Below are positions 32,453 through 41,810 of a stretch of 64,000 nt of DNA, piece after piece. A program made the position numbers and the translations under genes. The first letter of the stretch is position 1; the number at the start of each line of letters is the position of its first letter. The DNA is from a bacterium (GTDB taxonomy: Bacteria > SM23-31). Where the stretch lies: contig OZ252239.1 of NCBI GenBank assembly GCA_965249485.1, positions 256,001-320,000 on the forward strand, in the 5' to 3' direction. A model generated the notes under the pieces. That model saw only the letters and a list, made by a program, of their open reading frames with translations. It was not told the DNA's origin and did no database searches.

Positions 32453-32753
32453 ATGGTTATGGCAGCGGAATTTTTATCCGAAGAAGAAATTAATAAGATG
32501 TTTGAGACGGTGGATACTGATGAAGGAAAGTCCGGCGACGTTTCCGATCTTGGTGAGGACTATGAACAGACAGTATCGTACGGTAAAGTGTTCAAGTGGC
32601 AAGACCGGAAACAGGTTAGTTTTGCGAAAGAGTATAAATCTCCGGTAATTAAAGAAAAAAATGTGCTTTACAATCCTGCAACCGCATCAAATAAATGGTG
32701 ATGATCAGATTGTCGTTAAACCGATCAATCAGTATCGAATGCAGACAGGATAG
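32453..32753 (+). CDS. Small protein with FliM-N-terminus-like peptide; stops at 32701 as written, or at 32753 if one extra A near 32689 is removed
   Basis: Strong AGGAGG SD; EFLSEEEINKMF; alternative frame continues INGDDQIVVKPINQYRMQTG-stop. Confidence 0.65.
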
Positions 32754-32767
32754 TATTTCATACAAGC

Positions 32768-35491
32768 TTATCGCAGACTGCCGAGTGCACTTCCGCCATA
32801 GTCTTTTGTCTCGATTTTCAGGTCGCGCAGTTTTGCTTCCTTGATTCTGATTTCGAGCCAGAATCCTGAACGAAACGATCCCGGTGGTGTCCAGCTAAAA
32901 TTAAACTCCCAGCAGTGTAAGTCACGGCGGACTGAAATATCCTGATACGATATTTTCTTCTTGAGAATATCAAATTGTCCCTTATAACCAACCCGCCAAT
33001 TTTCGGTAGCCTTTACTTCAAGTTTTGCTCGTGATGAAAGCGATTTAGTTACTCGTGTGGGATTATTCCGGTTAATCGCCATGGTCAACCCTCCGCTAAG
33101 TTTCCACGGGACGGCTTGATCCGTCAAATCACGCGTGGTCTCAAAACGATCCTGCTTGTCAATCTGCGCAGCCTGCGTGATATCATTCTCTTCTGTGAAG
33201 GCATCAGATGATACTGTCTCGTCCTCCCCGGAATCACTGTCACCTTCACCTCCACTGAATGCAAATGACGTGGAAGTCGAAATTCGGGTCAACCGTAAAA
33301 AACCCAGCTTTCCGATCCCAGCATTCGAATTGAACAGCAACTGAATTGTTTCTCTGCCTGTGGAATCAACATCATAAAAACTGTGTGTCGTACTAAAGTT
33401 TAAATTCCCTAACGACGGCAGCCGGACGGATGAGGTCAGGTTTGACAGACGTTTTGTGCTGTCCGGAGCAGCTAAATTGTATGATGTACTTGAGCTTATT
33501 TTCAAGAAATCAAATTTCGATTCGACGCTGTCTTTGACTGTTCGTGCCTGAATCAGGTTCTGGAGACTGATTCCCATTGACATAGATCTGTTGTTACTCG
33601 TACCGCCAAAGAGTGATCCGGCAAACCTGTCGTACTCAATTTCTTCTCCGAGAGAATCGGTATAGGTATCATAATAGCCAAATACCTCATTTGAAAAATC
33701 GGGCCTATATGTCAGGCTTACAGACGGAGTCATGACATGCCTGATAGTCTTGAGCCTTCCGACATTCATGTTGAACATTCCGAAAAGCTTTGTATTTGCT
33801 GACGCCGATAGGCTGCCGGTTCTCCGTGCAAAAAATCCGTTTTCTATTTCGGAAACAACTTTATTATCTTCACCCAACCGTTTGACAACAGCTTCGTTCA
33901 ACCAATCTTCCCGGTAACTTGCCGACAAACCGACCGTAAAATGCCGTAAAACTCGTGTCGGCATGTTGATACTGAGATTATGTCGAACACCTGAACGTCT
34001 TTCTCTCTCGAATGTGTTTCGCTGAATCTCTGTAGTATCGGGCGGAAGTTCTTCATCGTCCGGTATCGTGATAAGTGTATCAGCAAAGGAGCCTTCAGGA
34101 AATTTTGACAGTCTGTTTTCCAGCTTTGCATCATATCTGAAATTCAGATCGGTATAAAACCGTTTCTTCTGTGCACCCGTTCCAAAATTGTCCTCATCAT
34201 TTCGGAACAGGTAGGTCGGCGTGCTCCTGTTAAAACTGATTGATGGCAGTGTTTCGTTGATTGCCCCCGACTCCAGGTTCTGAGTCCGTGATAACGATAT
34301 ATTCATACTGTTTTTAGACTCTTCCCACCGTTTTGACAGCCTCGCAGTCGATTGAATCCTACTCTGTGTCCGGATATCTCTGTCAAAAGAGAATTGTTTA
34401 TTAAAACTTTCACTGTTCATAAACTGGCCCGACACGCTGAGATTCATTGTCGGGCTGATTATTTGCCGGTGACTGATATTGATATTCCAGCTCCGCTCTT
34501 CGGTTTTTGATGTAGGCCTTCCTAAAAAATCAAGAGATTGGGAAGTCCCTCGTGAAACAGATCCCGAAACATTACCCGACATCTTATAGCGGACAGCGTA
34601 CCGCACATCACCTCTGAGAAATAGACCCCGTTTTTCAAAAAAATCTAACAGCAGTTTTCCGTCGATATAGTCGTTCGGTGCATAGTAGTATCCCATTCCC
34701 CTCAAGTGACGGCCTTCCCTCCGGCTTTCCCCATATGTGGGCATGATAAATCCTGAACTCCGCCCACCAGTGATAGGAAAAACACCGAACGGCAAAAGAA
34801 ATAACGGGACATCCTGAATGTAGAAAATGACCGGGCGCGCAACGACTTTGTCCTTAATTTTGAGCTTCATTCTGGAACTTTTGAAATGAAAATGGGGGCC
34901 TTCTTTGTCACATGAAGTGTAATACCCGTCGCTTATCTGGAGATATTCAGGATTAAGTCTGACAATATTTTCACCGTAATAAAAGCCGCCTTCAAATGTT
35001 GTCCGGCCTTCATGAACACGTGCTCTCTGTGTGGTAAGATCGTAAACCATTCTTAGTCCTGTAATCGGTTGCTGTCCGGCCTGGTCCAGGACAGGCCTCC
35101 CGATAACTCTCGTGCCGCCGGGGAAACTGTCCGGATTAGCTGCAACTGTTTTTCCTTCCGCTACCAGGGAATCACCATCGAGGTAAAGGGTTATTTTTGA
35201 TGCCTCAAGTGTCATACTCTGATAATCGATTCTTGCCGGTTTATTGTCAGTGCCGTAAAACACCACTGTTCTTCCATTCATTCTCGAGCTGTCTGCATCA
35301 TAGGAAATTGGTGAGGAACCTTCACCATTGTCAAGTGAATCGGCATCGACAAGAGCATTGAGGGAGTAGTTAGAAAGCGTATCGATACCGGTATGTATCT
35401 CCTGCTCCTGAGCGGAGCACGAATCAAAAAAACCGATTCCGATGATCAGGATAAGAGGGACTAAAAGAGTTTTCAGAAAGAGGTCTCGCAC
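32768..35491 (-). CDS. lptD: LPS-assembly protein LptD-like
   Basis: YTSCD...PHFHF, KVVARP.IFYIQDVP, RSSGFIMPTYG, RDLHCWEF; beta-barrel-like C-terminal part. Confidence 0.8.
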   Translation of the reverse strand: MRDLFLKTLLVPLILIIGIGFFDSCSAQEQEIHTGIDTLSNYSLNALVDADSLDNGEGSSPISYDADSSRMNGRTVVFYGTDNKPARIDYQSMTLEASKITLYLDGDSLVAEGKTVAANPDSFPGGTRVIGRPVLDQAGQQPITGLRMVYDLTTQRARVHEGRTTFEGGFYYGENIVRLNPEYLQISDGYYTSCDKEGPHFHFKSSRMKLKIKDKVVARPVIFYIQDVPLFLLPFGVFPITGGRSSGFIMPTYGESRREGRHLRGMGYYYAPNDYIDGKLLLDFFEKRGLFLRGDVRYAVRYKMSGNVSGSVSRGTSQSLDFLGRPTSKTEERSWNINISHRQIISPTMNLSVSGQFMNSESFNKQFSFDRDIRTQSRIQSTARLSKRWEESKNSMNISLSRTQNLESGAINETLPSISFNRSTPTYLFRNDEDNFGTGAQKKRFYTDLNFRYDAKLENRLSKFPEGSFADTLITIPDDEELPPDTTEIQRNTFERERRSGVRHNLSINMPTRVLRHFTVGLSASYREDWLNEAVVKRLGEDNKVVSEIENGFFARRTGSLSASANTKLFGMFNMNVGRLKTIRHVMTPSVSLTYRPDFSNEVFGYYDTYTDSLGEEIEYDRFAGSLFGGTSNNRSMSMGISLQNLIQARTVKDSVESKFDFLKISSSTSYNLAAPDSTKRLSNLTSSVRLPSLGNLNFSTTHSFYDVDSTGRETIQLLFNSNAGIGKLGFLRLTRISTSTSFAFSGGEGDSDSGEDETVSSDAFTEENDITQAAQIDKQDRFETTRDLTDQAVPWKLSGGLTMAINRNNPTRVTKSLSSRAKLEVKATENWRVGYKGQFDILKKKISYQDISVRRDLHCWEFNFSWTPPGSFRSGFWLEIRIKEAKLRDLKIETKDYGGSALGSLR

Positions 35492-35742
35492 AATTTTTGT
35501 TTCAAAGAAGTTTATATTATTTGATTCATAAAAATTGCTCGATATTGTTTTCCTACGTTTCGGCTAAGAAGTTTTCTGCTTAATCTAGGCTTTCACCGTG
35601 GCTCCAAACGATATGACATTTCATATTATTGAGAGCCTCGACAAAATATCCTTTTGAACTTAAAGAGATTATAAATTTACAATGCATTACATCAATTTTG
35701 CAAACAATTTAAGCGTTTAAAATACATCTTTTATACGAAAAT

Positions 35743-35791
35743 TATCAAAAAAAGATTAGTTTTTACGAGAAAAACTAATCTTTTTTTGATA
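35743..35791. repeat. Perfect 22-bp AT-rich inverted repeat with a 5-nt loop
   Basis: TATCAAAAAAAGATTAGTTTTT-acgag-AAAAACTAATCTTTTTTTGATA. Confidence 0.9.
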
Positions 35792-35814
35792 TGCCGAAGA
35801 GATGATGAAATTAT

Positions 35815-36693
35815 TCAAACTGCTTGAGGAACAAGCCGGCATAGTTTCAGCAGTTGACACTGCTCACAAAGTACTTTTTTGTAGGAGTGTTCACATAAAT
35901 CGAGTATTCCAAGACGGCTTAGTGCAAAATCATATTTTACGGGATCATCGGACGCTATTTTTTTAACATTTTCCGTGACTTCCAGTGCCATCTTCCACGA
36001 TGCCGATTTCCGTTCGGTCAATCCGATATAGTACGATATTCGCGCTGTATGAGCATCCATTGGAAAAATTAACTGCGAAGCATCGACACCTTTCCATAAA
36101 CCAAAGTCAACACCGTCGTCCGGTCTGATCATCCACCTGAGAAACATATTCAACCGTTTGCAGGCGCTGCCCTTAGCCGGGGAGGTAATGAGATATCTGA
36201 CACCGGCATCTGGTGGCAGTACTCCTTGATAAAAAGGAGAACAGTCGAGCATAAACAGATTTCTTGCAAATTGTGATAATCCTTCTTCAATTGTTGGATC
36301 TTCCGAATTAAATCCTTTCAGAAAAAAATCTTCTAGTGAGGGATAGCAGGTGTAAATCTGATGCAGATAATAGAGGAGAAGAGCTATGTCTTTTCCGGTA
36401 TTAAACCGGTGGACAAATGATTGATACTCTTTGGCAGCCTGATAAGGATCCAGTTTTTTTATGGTGTCGATCGGTGATAAGCCGAGTGGTTCTAGTGCTG
36501 TTTGAATGGACACACGGATTTGTTTAACGTTACCATAGGCGAGAACAGCAGAAATCAGACCGACAATTTCACGGTTTTGCTTACCGCTGTATTGATGTGA
36601 AAAATAGAGAGGATCGGTATTGAGATAACGGTTATCAAATGTTTTATAAACCTGTTCAAGCTTCGCTTTCAGGAAAGTATAGTCAGTATTCAT
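35815..36693 (-). CDS. TIGR02757 (DUF2400) family protein with C-terminal Cys cluster
   Basis: DP..F...Y, LAYGNVKQI, SACKRLNMFLRWMIR, DPVKYDFALSRLG, C-x8-C-x2-C-x5-C. Confidence 0.85.
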   Translation of the reverse strand: MNTDYTFLKAKLEQVYKTFDNRYLNTDPLYFSHQYSGKQNREIVGLISAVLAYGNVKQIRVSIQTALEPLGLSPIDTIKKLDPYQAAKEYQSFVHRFNTGKDIALLLYYLHQIYTCYPSLEDFFLKGFNSEDPTIEEGLSQFARNLFMLDCSPFYQGVLPPDAGVRYLITSPAKGSACKRLNMFLRWMIRPDDGVDFGLWKGVDASQLIFPMDAHTARISYYIGLTERKSASWKMALEVTENVKKIASDDPVKYDFALSRLGILDLCEHSYKKVLCEQCQLLKLCRLVPQAV

Positions 36694-36873
36694 TAGTTTG
36701 TCAGGAAAACAACCGTGACGTATCGTTTATTGAAACATATCAAATTGCCGGAGTTCCTTTGTAGAAATAAGCATATGGGCCTGTCCTAGTACCGATATGT
36801 CTGTCAACATACCGTTTCCATTGAATTTTTATTCCAATTCATTCTGTCTCGCACTTACATTTTGGTAGCGACT

Positions 36874-37599
36874 TCAGCGCTTTGTGGAGTCCAATAATAC
36901 CGAGCTTTGCATTTCCTTGAATGAATTTTCTCCGGATATTGAGGTTAATAACTTTTTTACCGCAGCCGGTTTCGATATTAACGATTTTTCCCTATCGATC
37001 TCTTCGAGAGCCTCATGCTCCAACTGTGTCTGTTTTTTTGCAGATTTCTGTGGTTCTATTAGCGGAAAACCGAGCGGCAAAATCGCCTGCGCATCGTAAT
37101 GCTTCGGTACATCAAGAATATCATTCATGAATTCTTTACTCCCGGGAGTGTAAGTAACCGTACCCAATCCCTGATCGACAGCAGCAAGCATCATGAATCC
37201 TACACAGATCCATTCCGACTCAAGCCGGTAAGGATCACGTGTATTGCCAAAAATAGCAAGGAGGACAGGGGCGTCTGTCAAAAATCTTTTTTCCACTGTT
37301 ATATGTTTTGCTTTCAACCAATTTTGCAACCGTTTACTCGCATGGTCGTGTCATTCTTTATCAGCAATCTCACATTTTTCCCGAATTTGATGTTTCGTAT
37401 TGCCATCGGACACAGCTTTGCACAACCATGGATGACGGTGTGCAGCTGACGGAGCATGTTGTCCGGCAGATATTACTGCGTCAATTTTCTCCTGCGGTAC
37501 CGGTACAGGTTTATACGCCATAATGCTCCTCCGCTTTTGAAGAAGCGAAAAGAAATCTAAGCCCGATGCATGAGCAGTTTTAGGAAAATGCCATGTCAT
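36874..37599 (-). pseudogene. Nitroreductase family (iodotyrosine-deiodinase-like) gene interrupted by an in-frame TGA at 37351-37353
   Basis: RRSI, APSAAHRHPW, KHQIRE, then TGA, then same-frame FLTDAP, GLGTVTYTP, LPLGFP. Confidence 0.75.
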
Positions 37600-37655
37600 A
37601 TATAATATCCTGATTAGGTTGCGATTTTACATTTATTTAATACAATGCAATACCA

Positions 37656-38660
37656 TCAATGTTTTGCAGGAGCATGCACCTCTTCCAAGAGAGACCGTAA
37701 GTTCTCAAGTGCGTTCTCAAAAAGTTTCTCTTTTGATATCTGTTTTTCAATTTCCTGAACTGCAAGTTGCATGATTTTTGAAACTGCAGAATCGAAATGT
37801 GTAAGTTTTACGACCGGTATTCCGTAATGTGCCGACTCTGTCACAAGATGTTTCTGAAGGTTCCACAGTGCTTCGACCGGTGCATCCGTCTTTTCATCCG
37901 TAGATAGTGGTTTCAGACGTTTGCAAAATTCGGATTCATTCAGTATAGCAGCCGTTACGCATATATAAACGATTTCATTATTGAGTCTCGCAAGATCGAT
38001 ACAATGTGGAGTGAAGAATGTGCCATATAACAATGTATGACCTCTATTTCGGACTGTATCGGAGATCGTTTCATTCAGCAATCTATGAATATTTTTGGTT
38101 GAGTCCCGGAATATCTGCTTAATTTTTTCATCTGATAGAACTCCAGTTGATTTTTTCTTACGCGCTTTTTGAAGTATTTTCACAATATCAGTCTGAAACG
38201 TCTTATCTATTGTCTCCCGAATACCAAATTTTATTAGTACATCCGAAGAAATGACGGCCTGAATACCGAATCTGAAGGCAGCTGATTGTGCAAGACTCTC
38301 CATACCTAGTCCAGGGAGGCCGTTCACTATAATAATAAACGGAGTGTGAGATTTTATGAATTTTTGCCAAACAGTAAGGCGCTCTACCTCTTCAGTACCT
38401 GCAATTTCCGAGAGGTTACTCTTTACTAACTGAGCAATAGTATCAGAAGAAAATTTTTGTCCTCTCTCCTCTTGTAAACGGTTTTCAACTTGCATAACAA
38501 TCTTAGCTGCTTGAACAAAATCGACGCTTGAAGGAAGAATTGACCGGAAAAGTACTTCTCTTGAAAAAGGAACTGAGCCTCGATGTGATCGAATCTGTAA
38601 GGCAGCAGGCAGATTATTCCAGATTGGAAGTGTTTGATTCTGATTCATCCTACTATCCAT
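37656..38660 (-). CDS. 2-phosphoglycerate-kinase-like protein (ATP-cone plus degenerate P-loop)
   Basis: VPFSREVLFRSI ATP-cone-like start; IIIVNGLPGLGMESLA...RFGIQAVISSDVL. Confidence 0.6.
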   Translation of the reverse strand: MDSRMNQNQTLPIWNNLPAALQIRSHRGSVPFSREVLFRSILPSSVDFVQAAKIVMQVENRLQEERGQKFSSDTIAQLVKSNLSEIAGTEEVERLTVWQKFIKSHTPFIIIVNGLPGLGMESLAQSAAFRFGIQAVISSDVLIKFGIRETIDKTFQTDIVKILQKARKKKSTGVLSDEKIKQIFRDSTKNIHRLLNETISDTVRNRGHTLLYGTFFTPHCIDLARLNNEIVYICVTAAILNESEFCKRLKPLSTDEKTDAPVEALWNLQKHLVTESAHYGIPVVKLTHFDSAVSKIMQLAVQEIEKQISKEKLFENALENLRSLLEEVHAPAKH

Positions 38661-38723
38661 AATTCGGACGGCTGTTTTTATCGGGCAATAAAGTATATAT
38701 TAAAATAGAAAATTGAAAGTTTT

Positions 38724-39653
38724 TTATACATCTGCTTTACTATTTTCTCCCATCTCCGACAACAAATAACCAAATCTGACACCTTTTGTACTGACTTGAA
38801 CAGATGATACTGCAAGGAGCCGCATGATTTCGAGTAGAAGTACGGTTCCCCCTACCATAATATCAGCTCTACCGGCTTCCATACCGGGTAAACCGGCCCG
38901 TTCGTGTGTAGTCATTGAGGTCAGCCGGTTCAAGATCTCCTCCACCGTGTCGGCCGTGAGAATGGTTTCGTCAATTGTCTCAGGATTAAACTTCTCCATT
39001 TTATGATACACTGCTGCAAGTGTCGTTACCGTACCTCCGATTCCAATCAGAGATAATGATGGTTCGGGAGTGAGATATTGCCGCATGCTCTCGTGAATTG
39101 CGATACGCATTGCTGTACACTCGTCAAGTAGGGGTGGATCGTTAGTAATGTACTGCTTAGTCAAGATCACCGCTCCCTGTGGGATACTCACCGAATCAAC
39201 ACGCAAACGAGCGAGGCTGCGAATAATGTCCGTACTCCCTCCACCCACATCAATCACTATGTAGGATCCGACATCGGGTGAATTTTCCGGAACAGCTGAA
39301 GTAAACGTAAGGTGTGCCTCCTCTTCTCCGGATAAAATTGATACAGAAAAACCTGACTTTTTCTGAATGTGGTCAAGAACATCAATACTGTTTTTTGCAC
39401 GTCTGAAAACTTCCGTACCTATACAGCCGATATTCTCTACTTGCATATCTCTGCACAGTGCGGAATAATCCTGCAAAACCGCAACTGTTCTTTCAAGAGC
39501 AGAAGAATTGATAACCGATGATGTTGTAATACCTTCTCCGAGACGGGGAATACGGGCACATTCCCGGACAACACAGTAAGAACCATCTTCCCCGATGTCC
39601 GCGATAAGCATGAGTACGGAGTTTGTACCGATATCGATGACAGCTTTTCGCAT
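38724..39653 (-). CDS. ppx: Ppx/GppA family exopolyphosphatase (short form)
   Basis: IDIGTNS, RLGEG, ILSGEEEA, DVGGGST, GGTVTT, RADI, GVRFG. Confidence 0.9.
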   Translation of the reverse strand: MRKAVIDIGTNSVLMLIADIGEDGSYCVVRECARIPRLGEGITTSSVINSSALERTVAVLQDYSALCRDMQVENIGCIGTEVFRRAKNSIDVLDHIQKKSGFSVSILSGEEEAHLTFTSAVPENSPDVGSYIVIDVGGGSTDIIRSLARLRVDSVSIPQGAVILTKQYITNDPPLLDECTAMRIAIHESMRQYLTPEPSLSLIGIGGTVTTLAAVYHKMEKFNPETIDETILTADTVEEILNRLTSMTTHERAGLPGMEAGRADIMVGGTVLLLEIMRLLAVSSVQVSTKGVRFGYLLSEMGENSKADV

Positions 39654-39657
39654 GTAA

Positions 39658-41043
39658 TTACATTAACATTGTTGCTATGAGCAAATAGGAACCCACACCG
39701 AGAATGTCGATAGCTGTAGTGACGAATGGCCCTGAAGCAAGTGCTGGATCAACCTGAAGTTTTGCAAATACTATTGGAATTAACGTACCAACCGATGTGG
39801 CAATAACCATTGAGGTAAAGATGCCCAGACCCACAATTGTGCCGAGCGAGGTGATGCTGATATTGGGTGTGGAGGAATAAAGACCGAAGGAGGTCAGAAG
39901 GAGCGTTGTCACACTTAAAAGTATTCCGTAACAGAGACCGAGTGAAAGACCGACTATCATCTCTTTGAAAAGAACATGCCAGATATGTTTCACATTGATC
40001 CGGCCGGTTGCCAACCCCCGGACCATGAGTGTTGTCGATTGCATACCGACATTACCTCCCATACCGATAATTACAGGCAAAAACGCTGAAAGGAGGATAA
40101 TTTGCTGGAGTATCGATTCAAAACTGTCTATGACGACGGCGGCAATAAGGCCGCCGGCAAGACTGGCAAGAAGCCAGGGTGACCTGACTTTTACGCTCGA
40201 AAAAACAGATTTTTCAATTATCTCTTCTTCACTAGTTCCGGCCATCTTTAGAATATCTTCTGTTGCCTCATCCCGGAGCACATCGATCGTGTCGTCGACC
40301 GTTACGGCGCCGACCAGTTTATTTTCTTCATCAACAACCGGAATAGCGAGTATGTTGTACCGAGCAACGAGACGGGCGACCTCTTCTTGGTCTACACTTG
40401 TATCGACACTGATTATATCTTTCTGCATCAGGCCTTTGAGCTTAGTGTTGCCTGGCTTTACGATGAGTTGCCGAAGGGAAATGACTCCCACAAGATGATT
40501 TCTGTCGTCGACAACATAGAGATAGAAAAATGTTTCCACTTCACTCGATTTCTGGAGTACTTCGATTGCTTCTTTCGCGGTCAGTTCTTCATTAAGGGAT
40601 AGAAAATCGGTCGTCATGATACCGCCGGCGGTATTTTTATCGTAACCGATAAGCTGCTCAATCTCTTCCGATTCGGCTTTCTGCATGAGATTCATCACCG
40701 CATCGGACACCTCGTCAGACAAGTTATCGATAATATCAACTCGGTCGTCCGGGAGCATTTTTCTGAGGATATTGGTTATTTTGTCCGGTTCAATTGATTC
40801 AAGAAGTTGTGCTGCGTGAACAATTTCCATTTCAGCCAAAACTTCGGCCGCCATTTCTACATTGTCCTGAAGAATGCCAAACAATACAGTCTGTTCATGA
40901 TTGGTGAGAAACCGATAGATGTGTGCAATATCGGCCGGGTGTGTTTTGTGAAGAATTTTTTTCAGGTGTGCAAACGCATCTCTCCTGATTAGTCTCCGAA
41001 TAGTATCGGTAATTTGCTGAACCTGAATTTTCATAGAAACCAC
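39658..41043 (-). CDS. mgtE: Magnesium transporter MgtE
   Basis: HPADIA, TAGGIMT CBS pair, GGNVGMQS, VDPALASGPFVTTAID. Confidence 0.95.
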   Translation of the reverse strand: MVSMKIQVQQITDTIRRLIRRDAFAHLKKILHKTHPADIAHIYRFLTNHEQTVLFGILQDNVEMAAEVLAEMEIVHAAQLLESIEPDKITNILRKMLPDDRVDIIDNLSDEVSDAVMNLMQKAESEEIEQLIGYDKNTAGGIMTTDFLSLNEELTAKEAIEVLQKSSEVETFFYLYVVDDRNHLVGVISLRQLIVKPGNTKLKGLMQKDIISVDTSVDQEEVARLVARYNILAIPVVDEENKLVGAVTVDDTIDVLRDEATEDILKMAGTSEEEIIEKSVFSSVKVRSPWLLASLAGGLIAAVVIDSFESILQQIILLSAFLPVIIGMGGNVGMQSTTLMVRGLATGRINVKHIWHVLFKEMIVGLSLGLCYGILLSVTTLLLTSFGLYSSTPNISITSLGTIVGLGIFTSMVIATSVGTLIPIVFAKLQVDPALASGPFVTTAIDILGVGSYLLIATMLM

Positions 41044-41115
41044 TAGGTGATAGTCTTCAAACGTGATAGGGCAAGGCTTAACAACACTATTGGATTTTCT
41101 CTATATACTATAGAA

Positions 41116-41796
41116 TCAACGATTGTTATTATTTTTCTCACGGTACCCGATCCGATGAAATGGATTTACAATACTTGAGGCAATATTCCGCAAATGAGCG
41201 CAGACCCTTTTCAAATGTCGAATATAAAGCGCAAGACATACGGCATCTGATGAATTTTGCGGAATGCTTTCGCCCTTGATCAACAGACGTACCCAATCAT
41301 CGCACTTTTTTGTTATTTCTGAGGATTCATTCATGATTTCTCTCGCAGTCTGAACATCGGTTTTTTTAAATGCGGCGATCAATTTATCGAAAATAGTAAT
41401 GAGCGTTTCTTCGATCTGAGCAAGTTCACTTTCAAAATCCCCTCCATCGAGCCGTTGAGGATGATTCAATGCGAGTTCTACAATGTTTTTTGTATAATCA
41501 CCAATTCTTTCAATATCAATTATAATACTTGTGAGCACCAGTCCCGAGCTTATATTCATTTGTCCGACAATGCTGAGATGCGTAAGAACTTTTTTCCTTA
41601 CTTCTCTTTCATATTCATTTATCATCAGATCCTTTTTCCTGAAGTCGATTTTCAGTTCTGAAGTATCCCGCTTTCTTAATGAACTCACTGATTCAACAAA
41701 CATCTCACGGTCAACATCCAGCATAATATATGATTCTTTGAGAGCCTGATTCAATAGAACATCTTTTTTAAAATAATCAAGTATTTTTTTGAACAT
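41116..41796 (-). CDS. phoU: PhoU-domain protein
   Basis: INEYEREVRKKV, DIERIGDYTKNI, RHLKRVCAHLRNIA. Confidence 0.8.
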   Translation of the reverse strand: MFKKILDYFKKDVLLNQALKESYIMLDVDREMFVESVSSLRKRDTSELKIDFRKKDLMINEYEREVRKKVLTHLSIVGQMNISSGLVLTSIIIDIERIGDYTKNIVELALNHPQRLDGGDFESELAQIEETLITIFDKLIAAFKKTDVQTAREIMNESSEITKKCDDWVRLLIKGESIPQNSSDAVCLALYIRHLKRVCAHLRNIASSIVNPFHRIGYREKNNNNR

Positions 41797-41810
41797 ACCT
41801 TTTCACTCCA

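Noticed and set aside
37300..37353. Selenocysteine reading of the nitroreductase TGA (and of the one at 52016)
   Set aside because: Neither position is an expected Cys column and I saw no convincing SECIS-like hairpin
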